A DNA stretch of 32,209 nucleotides, taken from assembly GCA_965218585.1 (NCBI GenBank), contig CBDCLE010000018.1:1-32209 (forward strand), written 5' to 3'. The DNA is from Terriglobia bacterium. Lineage in GTDB: Bacteria; Acidobacteriota; Terriglobia; 20CM-2-55-15. This document shows, one piece after another, positions 9,956 through 19,698 of this stretch (positions within the stretch are counted from its first letter, which is position 1; every line of letters starts with the position of its first letter). The notes under the pieces are model-generated. The model was not told the origin of the DNA, ran no database searches, and worked only from the letters and a program-made list of their open reading frames with translations. Made by a program: the position numbers and the translations under genes.

Positions 9956-11629
9956 ATGTCTCAGGCGCAACCTTCACAAGAAGCAGTCATCGAGGTCGTC
10001 GAAGAAGGCGAAATCGTGCGGTCCGTACCCGTTAGCGGAAGCCCGTTCCGAATCGGGCGGGGTGCGGACGGCAACGATCTCGGTCTTAATGACGTGTATG
10101 TCTCGAGAAAGTCCGCCGCGATTATCTCCCGTGGGGACGAGTTTTTCATCGAAGATCTCGGCCAACGCCGCGGACTGTTCGTCAACGGTGTCGAGGTTGA
10201 AGGAAGTGTGGCCCTGCAGCCCGACGACGTTGTTACCTTCTCGAAGAAGGAAGCGCTTCAACTGGTTTTTCGCAGCGGTGCTACCAAGGAATCGCTGAGC
10301 GACCTTCTTTCCCGGATTGGGACGTTGGAGGACGAAACAGGGGACAACGTACTGCGGCACCTGAGTTTTTTGCTCGAAGCCACGACGCTCCTGCAGTCGC
10401 GCATGCCCTATCTGGACGTTCTTGGGGCCATGGTGGACCGGGCGATCACGATCACCGGGGCAGACCGGGGGTCGTTGCTGGCTTTGGATGAGGAAGAGGA
10501 GCTGGGACCGCTTATAGCCCGAAGCCATGGCGGGTTCAACCTTCCCGTTACGTCGATTTCGGCGAGCAAGACGGCGATCGATCATGCTCTTTCAGAGCGC
10601 CACGGTTTTATTCAACAAGACATCGAGTTTGCGGACGACTCGGTCAAACATGCGGAGAGCATCGTCAACCAGCAGTTGCGTGCGGTGATCGCGATCCCTC
10701 TCTACGCGCATACCCACATCGATTCTTCAGAGACGACGAATGTTTCTTCGGGTGGGTCCCTCCTCGGAATTCTGTATCTGGATAGCCGAAAGCCGGCCGC
10801 GTTCTCGGGCCTGGAGACACAGATACTGGATGCGCTTGCCATTGAAGCAGCCAGTGTCATGGATAACGCCCGGATGATGGAGCGCGAGCGGGAGCGGCAG
10901 CAGATCGAACAGGATCTGGCAGTTGCGCGTGGGATTCAGCAGCGCCTGCTTCCGAAAGGCTTTAAGCAATACGGCTTCCTGGATGTGTCCGGACTCAACG
11001 AGCCGTGCTACTCGGTGGGCGGCGACTATTTCGATGTCGTCGAATTACGTCCGGGACGTGCGGCTTTCGTTATCGCGGATGTATCGGGTAAGGGAACGGC
11101 AGCCGCATTGTTGACGGCGATGTTGCAGGGCGGATTTTCTGGAATTACGCTGATGCCGGATCTGACACGCCTGGTCAATAACATCAATCAGTACGTCTGG
11201 ACGCGCTCGGAACCCCAACATTATGCCACCGTCTTTCTAGGGGTCATGGACGAGGAAGGCCAGGGTGAATTCATCAATGCCGGCCATCATTCGGCCCTGC
11301 TGCTCCGAGGAACCGAAATTACCGCACCCTTTCAGTCGGAGTGTTTCCCCATCGGCCTGTTTTCCGAAGCGGAATTTTCATCAAGGTCGGCCAAGCTGGA
11401 GCCCGGCGATGCCCTTGTTATGTTTACCGACGGGATCAACGAAGCTACCGATGTTCATGGCGAGGAATTCGGCATGGATCGGCTAACTGAGGTCGTCCGA
11501 TCGAACGCCGGCGGGTCTGCGGAAACGCTTCAGACTTCTATTCTCGATGCGGTCAGAGGATTTTCTCACGGAGCCGAGCAGGCCGACGACATGACGCTGT
11601 TGGTCGTGCGGTACATAGAAAAGCATTAA
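9956..11629 (+). CDS. FHA-GAF-SpoIIE (PP2C) Ser/Thr phosphatase, RsbU-like
   Basis: N-terminal FHA-like region (IGRG...SR...FVNG) and GAF (GILYLDS). PP2C motifs VGGDYFD, IADVSGKG, NAGH, FTDGINE and DDMT. Confidence 0.9.
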   Translation: MSQAQPSQEAVIEVVEEGEIVRSVPVSGSPFRIGRGADGNDLGLNDVYVSRKSAAIISRGDEFFIEDLGQRRGLFVNGVEVEGSVALQPDDVVTFSKKEALQLVFRSGATKESLSDLLSRIGTLEDETGDNVLRHLSFLLEATTLLQSRMPYLDVLGAMVDRAITITGADRGSLLALDEEEELGPLIARSHGGFNLPVTSISASKTAIDHALSERHGFIQQDIEFADDSVKHAESIVNQQLRAVIAIPLYAHTHIDSSETTNVSSGGSLLGILYLDSRKPAAFSGLETQILDALAIEAASVMDNARMMERERERQQIEQDLAVARGIQQRLLPKGFKQYGFLDVSGLNEPCYSVGGDYFDVVELRPGRAAFVIADVSGKGTAAALLTAMLQGGFSGITLMPDLTRLVNNINQYVWTRSEPQHYATVFLGVMDEEGQGEFINAGHHSALLLRGTEITAPFQSECFPIGLFSEAEFSSRSAKLEPGDALVMFTDGINEATDVHGEEFGMDRLTEVVRSNAGGSAETLQTSILDAVRGFSHGAEQADDMTLLVVRYIEKH

Positions 11630-11648
11630 GAACTGGGGACTAAAAAGT

Positions 11649-11734
11649 GGGGACAGGTCACTCTTTTTGGCTCCTCTTGTAGAACGTCGCCCGCATCGTC
11701 CAAGTCGTATAATAAAGAAGCCCGTCCCGCCCTT
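11649..11734. repeat. Imperfect inverted pair of REP-like motifs between convergent genes
   Basis: GGGGACAGGTCACTCTTTTT at 11649-11668 faces AATAAAGAAGCCCGTCCCGCCCTT at 11711-11734 (reverse complement contains GGGACGGGCTTCTTT). Confidence 0.35.
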
Positions 11735-11806
11735 CATTGCTTCCTGGATTCGAAATGGCTCGACTCGCTCGTGTCGTTTTACCAGGCGAACCCCATCACA
11801 TTTTTT

Positions 11807-13999
11807 TTAGAAATTGAACAGGTTTGTCAGCTTGATGATGACGGCGCGCTGCACGACCTGGCCAGTGCTCGTATCCCTGAGATCGTTATACACGAGAAAG
11901 AAATCGCTAAGAGGGCTATGGATGATGTTGAAGCGTATGTTCGAGCTCACCTGTTGGGTGTCTGCGTTGTACTGAACAAATGCGTTGAGAAACGTATTGG
12001 GATTGAATGCGTACAGAAAGCGTGCTCCGACCAGATCGTTGGTGAACTCTCCGTTTTGTAGGTTAACCGTGTTGCGGGTGTAGTTGATATCGGTCTTGAA
12101 ATGGGAATTCAGCTTGTAGCTCAGACTTCCGTTGAATGAAGTGCGACGGCCGTTCCAGAATTCGCCCCATTCGATAGATCCACTGCCACTGAGCTTCCTG
12201 CCGGGATTGGTGCCACCGCCCGCAGAATAGCCGAGATAGCTGTAATCTCCCTGGGGAATCAGGATGTCGGATCTGATCTGAAACGGATCGGTCAGTCGAT
12301 CGAAGGTTTCGACAACACCAAAATCGATAGATGAGTTGTCTTCAAATCGAATTCCGAGATCGATACGCTCTTCGCGAGTTTCGATCTGATCCGTCGTCCC
12401 GTCCTTGAAATAGTCCAGCCGTGTTCGAAAGATCAGGTTTCTGAAAATCGAGCTACTTTCGATCAAAGGATTCCAGGAGGCGTCTCCGCTATATCGTGTG
12501 TTGTTCCGACGACGGACGAAGCCGACTTCCGGGTTGAAGTTTGGCTGAATTTCGTTATAGCCAGCTGCCAGAACGAATTCGTCATCCCGCCATGCAGCCT
12601 GGAACTCCCGGGCCTGATCCCGGCCCTCCAGCCCCGGCGTCTCGCTCTTGAGGATGTGGGTGTCGAATTCGAGCCGATTGTAAAACTGCAGATGTGCGTC
12701 GGCGCCGTAGACGCGGTTGTAATCCCCTTCGATCGTCGAGTCACGGTTGGTCAGCATCGCACCCACCCAGGAATTCGTCAGGAAGTTACCCTTGATGCGT
12801 CCCACAACGTAGTTGTTGGAGGGCGTTGAACCCTGAGACTCGGATTTCATCGACAGGAAGCCTACATCATAGCGTCCGACCTGTCCCGTGACTCGGGCGC
12901 CTCCGACGATTGGTATGGGTGTTCCGTTCCGGCCGAGGCCGATCCGCCGGCTGAAGAAGGGGACGAGGTTGCTGTCGGCGCCAAAATCAAAAATTCCGGA
13001 GTTTTCCAGAAAGAAGTCGCGTTGTTCCGGAAAGAAGAGGTTGAAACGGGTGAGGTTGACCTGTTGCTGATCTACTTCTACCTGCGCGAAGTCGGTTCGG
13101 TAAGTCGCGTCCAGCGTCAGAGAAGGCGTCAGGCTGTATTTGAGATCCAGACCGCCATCGAAATCTCCATCTGTTTCAAAATTGCCGAAAGGGTTGTTTG
13201 AGGGGCGAAGCTGGGTAAATCCTCCAGTGACGAACGGTGTGACTTTCAGGTTGCGCCCCTGCGTGATGTTTTCGAAGCCTTCCAGTGTGCCGTACTGCGA
13301 GACCCGGCTCATGTTGTAGCGGATCGGGATGGGCGACCACACTGATTCTTCATTCAGGCGGAGCTGTCTCCGGCTCACGTTGAGACCCCACACCTGCGAG
13401 GATTCGCTAGAAAAGCGTAGAGTCTTGAAGGGAATGACGAGCTCAGCAACCCACCCGACGTCGTTGATGTGCGTCCTGACGTCCCAGACGGCGTCCCAAT
13501 CTTCGTTAAACGTGCCGTCGGTTGTCTGAGAGTCCAATTTGGCGCCACCCGCGTTCACTGTAAAAATGAAACTCGACCGCAACTCGTGAAGACTGTCGAA
13601 GGCTATCGATATCACGTCTGAACTTTGGAAGCTGAAGTCTTCTTCCAGTTCATTGATGACGATTTCGGATGGAACCGAGTCGAAGAGAATGACACCGACG
13701 TAGACGTTCTCGTCGTCGTAGAGAAAGCGTGCTTCGGTGGGTTCGATCACTTGACCGCCGGGAACAGGACGTCTCTGGATGAAGTTGGCCGCTGGAGGCG
13801 CGATGTCCCAGGAGGCCTCGTCGAGATACCCGTCGACGGAGATCTCTTCGGTTATGCGAATGGCCTGAACGACCTTTTCAAGACGGCCCGCTTCGTAGTC
13901 GAAATCAGCGGGATCTGCGGGGGTCTGTCCGGGAGCGGGCAGGGCAGCAAACAGGCACACCAGTGCGGCAATAGCTTTATGAGCGGAAAATGATCGCAT
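11807..13999 (-). CDS. CBM9-like + DUF5916 outer-membrane/exported protein
   Basis: N-terminal sugar-binding-like domain (VDGYLDEASW, GWVAELVIPFKTLRF). Motifs TDFAQVEVD, NLTRFNLFFPEQRDFFLEN and FFSRRIG. Beta-rich C-terminus ending in Phe. Start set at ATG 13999, which is followed by a signal peptide. Confidence 0.8.
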   Translation of the reverse strand: MRSFSAHKAIAALVCLFAALPAPGQTPADPADFDYEAGRLEKVVQAIRITEEISVDGYLDEASWDIAPPAANFIQRRPVPGGQVIEPTEARFLYDDENVYVGVILFDSVPSEIVINELEEDFSFQSSDVISIAFDSLHELRSSFIFTVNAGGAKLDSQTTDGTFNEDWDAVWDVRTHINDVGWVAELVIPFKTLRFSSESSQVWGLNVSRRQLRLNEESVWSPIPIRYNMSRVSQYGTLEGFENITQGRNLKVTPFVTGGFTQLRPSNNPFGNFETDGDFDGGLDLKYSLTPSLTLDATYRTDFAQVEVDQQQVNLTRFNLFFPEQRDFFLENSGIFDFGADSNLVPFFSRRIGLGRNGTPIPIVGGARVTGQVGRYDVGFLSMKSESQGSTPSNNYVVGRIKGNFLTNSWVGAMLTNRDSTIEGDYNRVYGADAHLQFYNRLEFDTHILKSETPGLEGRDQAREFQAAWRDDEFVLAAGYNEIQPNFNPEVGFVRRRNNTRYSGDASWNPLIESSSIFRNLIFRTRLDYFKDGTTDQIETREERIDLGIRFEDNSSIDFGVVETFDRLTDPFQIRSDILIPQGDYSYLGYSAGGGTNPGRKLSGSGSIEWGEFWNGRRTSFNGSLSYKLNSHFKTDINYTRNTVNLQNGEFTNDLVGARFLYAFNPNTFLNAFVQYNADTQQVSSNIRFNIIHSPLSDFFLVYNDLRDTSTGQVVQRAVIIKLTNLFNF

Positions 14000-14184
14000 T
14001 ATGAAAACTCGGCCTCTGGAGAAAAGGAGCGGGTGATCAATTACAAGGTGAGCCGTCTCCAGAGGTACGACTAACACCATGATGTTACTGAAGTCGAGGA
14101 GACGGTTCAATTTTGTCCTCAGAAAAAAGTTGAAAAACCGCGCTTCCGGGTCTATGAATCGTAGAGATCGTAAGGGAGGTCGTA

Positions 14185-15717
14185 ATGGCGACGAGACTGT
14201 GCGCTCTCATTGGGATTGTAGTGCTGGGTGTGGGAACGGCGACCGCGCAGGAAGTCGTGACCGTACTGCGGGCGACGTCCGCGGCCATGGGCTCGGACGA
14301 AGTGCGTGCGATCCGATACTCCGGGACCGGCTGGCTCGCGGCTGTGGGTCAAGGCTATACGCCTGACGAAGACTGGCCACGGGCCGATCTTACATACACG
14401 CGGACAATCGACTACGAAGGCGAAGCCTCGGCTGAGCAATTCACGCGCCGGCAGGGGGACTACGCGCCTCGGGGAGGTGGTGGCATACCCGTCGTGGGTG
14501 ACTGGGACCAGGAGTTCTATGTCAGCGGCGAATACACCTGGAACGTACTCCGAGGGGCTCGTCCGAGTCTGCCTTCGCGCCTAGCGACGAGCAACAGCGG
14601 CATACCCCCAGAGGAACGCAAACTGGACATCTGGCTTAGCCCCCACGGTGTGATCAAGGCTGCGCTGGCCGCTGACAATGCAACGGCCACCGAGATGGTC
14701 CTCGAAGGTCAACCGAAGACAATCGTCTCCTTTACGGCCCTGGACAGGTTTCGGGTGAACGTCACCATTACGGAGGACAACTTTGTCGAACGGGTTCAGA
14801 CCTGGGTGCCCAACGCTGTCTTTGGAGATATGGTGCACGAGCATCGTTATACCGACTACCAGGATTATGGTGGCGTAATGTTTCCCAGGGTCCTGCACTC
14901 GCATCGGGGCGATCCCCGACTGAATCCCGGTCACAACTGGATCGAAGTCCAAGTGGACGACCTGACGCTGAACCCTCCGGACGCCGCGATACCGGTCCCG
15001 GAGAACATTCGAGACGCGTCGCGTCCACCTGCGGTGACGATAGAGTCGCAGGAGATCGCTGATGGCGTTTGGAGGATCGCAGGACAAGGCCATCACAGTT
15101 TCGCTGTCGAATTCAGCGATTTCATTGCCGTCGTCGAAGCGCCTCAGGACGAACTGCGGTCACTCGGGGTTATAGGCGAAATAGAGCGGTTGATTCCCGA
15201 TAGGCCGATCACCTGGGTCGTCAACACTCACTACCACTTCGATCATTCGGGAGGACTGCGGACATACGTAGCGCGGGGGGCGCGGGTTGTGACCCACGCC
15301 GGGAATCTTGGCTTCTATGAGAACGTGTTCTTCTATCCCTCGCCCCGGACTCTGGAGCCCGATCTTCTCTCGACTCTATATCCGTGGTTTAGTGGGAACC
15401 GGATGCCTGCGATGGAAGGCGTCACTGAGAAGTACGTTATCAGTGACGGCCGGCGGACATTGGATGTCTACGCCCTCCAGGGTGTGAACCACGACGGGAA
15501 CATGCTAGTGGCCTATCTGCCGACCGAGAGCATTATGATGAATGGCGATATGTACTCCCCGCCCGCTAACCCTGACCAAATACCGGCTGCAAACGAGAAT
15601 ATTCGAGCGCTCAACCGAAACATCCAGCGTTTGAGTCTGGACGTTGAAACCCATGCCGGAGTCCATGGGTCTGTGGGTTCGCACGACGTCTTTCTGGAAG
15701 CCGTAAACAACGATTAG
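14185..15717 (+). CDS. MBL-fold metallo-hydrolase, secreted
   Basis: THYHFDHSGG (HxHxDH) motif with downstream His/Asp ligands. Signal peptide and GGAGG RBS. Confidence 0.85.
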   Translation: MATRLCALIGIVVLGVGTATAQEVVTVLRATSAAMGSDEVRAIRYSGTGWLAAVGQGYTPDEDWPRADLTYTRTIDYEGEASAEQFTRRQGDYAPRGGGGIPVVGDWDQEFYVSGEYTWNVLRGARPSLPSRLATSNSGIPPEERKLDIWLSPHGVIKAALAADNATATEMVLEGQPKTIVSFTALDRFRVNVTITEDNFVERVQTWVPNAVFGDMVHEHRYTDYQDYGGVMFPRVLHSHRGDPRLNPGHNWIEVQVDDLTLNPPDAAIPVPENIRDASRPPAVTIESQEIADGVWRIAGQGHHSFAVEFSDFIAVVEAPQDELRSLGVIGEIERLIPDRPITWVVNTHYHFDHSGGLRTYVARGARVVTHAGNLGFYENVFFYPSPRTLEPDLLSTLYPWFSGNRMPAMEGVTEKYVISDGRRTLDVYALQGVNHDGNMLVAYLPTESIMMNGDMYSPPANPDQIPAANENIRALNRNIQRLSLDVETHAGVHGSVGSHDVFLEAVNND

Positions 15718-15726
15718 TGGCGTGAT

Positions 15727-17022
15727 TTACTCGGCCGCGGACTGCAACTCGGCGGCCACACGTTCTGTTTCCCTCCAGACGCGCAGCAGATTTCCACCCC
15801 ATAATTGTGCGACGTCCTCGCGCGAATACCCTCGTCGAACGAGCTCCAGCGTGACGTTGAATGTTTCGCTCGCATCGTCCCAGCCTTCGATGCCTCCTCC
15901 TCCGTCGAAATCCGAGCTGATACCGACGTGATCGATGCCGATCAGGTTGACGGCATAGTCAATGTGATCGACGAAGTCGGATACGTTGACTGGAGGAAAC
16001 TCAGTGTCGATTGCCATCATGCGTTCGTCGAAAGAAGCCCTCTTATCGAAGTAGTCCGTGCGGTCGGCTTCTGACATGTTTTCGAGACGCTGGGGCGTCA
16101 TCGGACCCTGGGGCATGTCGAGTTCTTCGGCGAGAGCGTCAATGGCGTCGTCGCGTTCGGGTGTCAGCTTGACAAAGCGTCTCAGGGCGACCGTTTGCAT
16201 CACGCCACCGTTTTCCATCAGAGCCATCAACTGCTCGTCGTCCATGTTTCGGGAGACGTCGGACAAGGCCCGAACGCTCGAATGGGATGCGATCACTGGT
16301 GCCTGTGAGAGAGTCGCTGCTTCGAGCATGGCCTGTTTGGAGATGTGTGAGACATCCACCATGATGCCCACGCGGTTCATTTCCGCGATGACCTCTTCGC
16401 CGAATGGGCTGATGCCGCCATGTTCGGACTCGGTATCCCCGAAACCGGCATTCGGGTTGGCCGAATCGCTGATGTCATTGTGCCCGTTATGGGCGAGGGT
16501 GACGTAACGGGCTCCGAGGGCGTGATATTCCTCGATCAAATCGAGATCTTGGCCGATGACCCATCCGTTTTCGATTCCAATTGCCGCGACACGCTTTCCT
16601 GACGCTGCGATCCGTTCGACATCGTCGGCCGTGTATGCCAGTTCGATCTGGTCGGGATACAACTCGTCGGTCATGCGATGGATGGCGTCGAATTTCGTCA
16701 TTGCCTGTTCTCTCGCGAACGCGTTACCGGCGGCATCTCTCTCCCCCTGACCCACGAAAACGATGAAGAACCCGGCATCCAGGCCGCCTTCGATCATCTT
16801 TGGGATGTCAACCTTGCGGTCACCGCGCACTCCCGGATCGACCTCTTCGGTGGCGAAGTTGAACGGGATGTCGTCGTGCGTATCGATTGTGAGCGTTGCG
16901 TCGTGTATATCCCGGGCAAGCGAGACGATGTCTTGTTCCGGGGTCGCTGTTTCTTCTGGTGTGGGCGCACTGCATGCCGCTATAGCGACACCCACAAACA
17001 ATGCAAGTATCAAGAGCTTCAT
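15727..17022 (-). CDS. Membrane dipeptidase (M19), lipoprotein
   Basis: Motifs IDTHDD, IGIENG, TLAHN, VDVSH, ASHS and HVGISSDFDG. Lipobox IAAC. ATG 17022 follows GGAG. Confidence 0.92.
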   Translation of the reverse strand: MKLLILALFVGVAIAACSAPTPEETATPEQDIVSLARDIHDATLTIDTHDDIPFNFATEEVDPGVRGDRKVDIPKMIEGGLDAGFFIVFVGQGERDAAGNAFAREQAMTKFDAIHRMTDELYPDQIELAYTADDVERIAASGKRVAAIGIENGWVIGQDLDLIEEYHALGARYVTLAHNGHNDISDSANPNAGFGDTESEHGGISPFGEEVIAEMNRVGIMVDVSHISKQAMLEAATLSQAPVIASHSSVRALSDVSRNMDDEQLMALMENGGVMQTVALRRFVKLTPERDDAIDALAEELDMPQGPMTPQRLENMSEADRTDYFDKRASFDERMMAIDTEFPPVNVSDFVDHIDYAVNLIGIDHVGISSDFDGGGGIEGWDDASETFNVTLELVRRGYSREDVAQLWGGNLLRVWRETERVAAELQSAAE

Positions 17023-17092
17023 AAACACTCCGTCAGGTTCGAAAATTGTTGCCGTATTGTACGCCGAAGTGGATGAGATTGGGTCTCTGGTT

Positions 17093-19567
17093 CTACTTTT
17101 CGTTGAGAAGCGTTGCTGGGTTGAGCCGGGTTGCGCGGAACGCAGGCATCAGGCTGGCGGCTACAGCAATAGTCGCAACGAGAGTGAACACTGAACTGAC
17201 CAGGATCGGATCCATCGGTGTAACGCCGTAGACTTGGCTCTCGATGATACGTCCGAGGGCGAAGGCTCCGCCAAGCCCGATGGTCAGACCCAGGGATACC
17301 AGAACCAATCCTTCTCTCAGTATCAGCTGAAACATCTGTCTGCTCGTGCTTCCAAGCGCGATTCGGATGCCCAGGTCGCGACTTCTCTGTGTGACAAGGT
17401 ATGCGAGGATTCCGTAAATACCGATCGCGGAGAGGAACAGTCCAACGACGGCAAACGCGGACGCCAGCCACATCGAGGCTTGACGTGACATGAGAGAGAG
17501 ATCGAGACGCTCACTCATCGTTCGAAGGTCGAACAACGGCAGTTCGGGATCAATCCGAGCCAGGGCGGTTCGGATCGAATTGATGGCGGCGGTTGGATCG
17601 CCTGTCGTTTTTAACGCGAATTGCATGCCTCGAGCCTGTGCTTGAGCGATTGGGAAATAAAACGCTCCCGCCTCGTTGCTGTCACCGGTAAGGTCGTCAA
17701 AGATCACCGATTCCACGACACCGACTACCGTAAACCAGCGGGTGTCCTCGTTAATCTCGAGGAGATCGTCAACACTCGACGGCTGGTACATGCGCCGGCC
17801 CACGGGGCTCTGGTCGGGTCAGTACCGGCTGGCCAGCCGCTCATCGACGCCGACTACACCCGGAGCGTCCAGGGTGTCGCGCGCGTCGGAATACCGCCCC
17901 TCGCCCAGATCGATTCGCATGGCCTCGAAATAGCCGGGCGTGACGGAAGAGAATCGAGGCGCTATCAATGATTCGCCCGGTTGCATGACATATCCCTCGG
18001 CGAAAATCACGTTGGAATTGCTTGAGCCACTGAAAGGAAGAACAGTCGTGGCACCGGCCGATTGAACGCCCGGGACGCTCCCAAAAGCATTCAGGATTCG
18101 CTCGAGCAGCGACCGCAATTCCTGCCCCCTCTGATAGCGGTTGGCCGGAGCATTTATCGAAGCTGTCAAGACGTTGTCGGAATCAAAGCCGGGATCACTG
18201 TCCAGAAGATTGCCAAAGCTCATGAGCAAAACTGCTGCGCCGATGACGAGGACACACGTGATCGAGACCTGAGTCACGACTAACGCTTGCCGGATCCGGT
18301 TCTGGCTCCGGCCGCCTGTGCCACTTCGCCCTTCCTCCTGGAGAACTTGGGAGAGCTCGACCTTCAGGATGTGCAATGCAGGGAACAGGCTGATCACCAA
18401 ACCGGCAAAGATCGATATTCCGATCGTCAAGCCGAGCACGACTCCATCGATCCGGATATCGCCGGCGCGAGGCAACTCGTTCAGCCCAACCACAGACAGC
18501 GTCCGCAATATGCCCGTGGCCACGGTCAGTCCTGCAAGACCGCCGAGTGCTGCGACGATCATGCCTTCGGTCACGAGTTGGCGCAGGATGTGTCTGCGTG
18601 TTGCACCAACCGCAAGGCGCGTGCCGAACTCTTTGATTCGCAGATTCGATCCGGCCAGTGCCAGATTCGAAAGGTTGAGCAGGCCGATCAGGAAGACAAA
18701 CGCCGCCCCACCCCAAAGCAGGTAGAGATTGCCCCTTACGTCCCGGACGATGACGTCCTGAAGGCGATCCACGGTGGAATGGAAGCCCACATTGATCAGG
18801 AGTTCCGCAAACTGCGGAAAGCGATCGAGTTCGGCTACGTTCGCCTGATCGACCTGGGCCTGGACGTCCTCGATCCGCGCGTCCGATTGCAGACGTCCAA
18901 TGTGCGACCAGTTGTTGGAGTGCCGATTGTCGAGCCCGGTCATTGCTTCCGCGGAAAAACGCGTCGACACCCAGAGCCGAACGTCCGGATCCATGAAAAC
19001 AAAATCCGGAGGCATGACGCCGATAATCGTTACCGGCAGACCGCTACGCTCCATCTGGGCTCCTATGGCCGAGGGATCCCCGCCATAGAGCTGCTGTCAC
19101 AGGCCATAGCTCAGAATGACAGTGGGTTCGGCCTCCACCTCACCATCGGCTTCTACAAACGTGCGTCCTATTTCAGTGCCGACCTGGAGGACCCTGAACA
19201 GTGAGGGTGTCGTAGTCATTTCTAAAATGCGTTGACTGACGCCCTCGATTTCCACGGTGCTTCCGGTCAGGTCGTATAGCGCCTGTTCCTCCAGAGCTGT
19301 AAGTGCCGCCAGACGTTCACCATAGAAGGGAACTGACGTCTGCGCCGTCACGCCGATACCGGCGTTTGGATATTGATTCGCCACGAGAACGAAACGGTCG
19401 GATTCCGGGAAGGGAAGGGGACGTAGCAGGACTGACCAGACGACCGTGAAGACAGCGACGTTCGCGCCGATACACACAGCCAGTGTCAGTATGGCGGTGA
19501 GGCTGAAGCCGCGGTCCTTCCACGTACGTTTGGCGGCGAATCGGACATCTCGGAGTAGGGAATCCAT
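17093..19567 (-). pseudogene. ADOP/MacB-FtsX-type duplicated ABC transporter permease interrupted by two in-frame TGA codons (19097-19099, 17819-17821)
   Basis: Three ORF-track pieces lie in one frame and total 825 codons. Junctions read LSYGL*QQLYGGDP and LASRY*PDQSPVGRR. Family motifs IGANVAVF, RLAVGA, GIYGILAY and GIRIALG. Confidence 0.8.
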
Positions 19568-19613
19568 GGTTTCTAGAATTATTCCTAAAGGTCTATCGGC
19601 CTGTGTCGGTAAG

Positions 19614-19641
19614 TAAGACGGAGTGGGGCTGGGAAAGTTCC
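19614..19641 (-). promoter_or_regulatory. ECF sigma factor (RpoE/AlgU-type) promoter candidate upstream of the permease
   Basis: Minus strand reads GGAACTT-N16-TCTTA, matching the GAACTT-N16-TCTnA consensus; 46 nt lie between the -10 element and the ATG. Confidence 0.6.
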
Positions 19642-19643
19642 GA

Positions 19644-19683
19644 AGAAAACGAAAACAGAGGGCCGGTCATTCGGCCGGCCCTC
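19644..19683 (-). terminator. Intrinsic terminator after amtB
   Basis: Minus-strand hairpin GAGGGCCGGCC-GAAT-GACCGGCCCTC followed by TGTTTTCGTTTTCT. Confidence 0.8.
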
Positions 19684-19698
19684 AGATAAAGAAGTGTT

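Noticed and set aside
17093-19567. Genome-wide UGA=Trp reassignment or selenocysteine insertion
   Set aside because: Several neighbouring genes end at TGA at natural C-termini (asparaginase, sulfatase, M20, receiver, STAS), and other genes read through intact under the standard code. The two sites align with Trp, not Cys, contexts.
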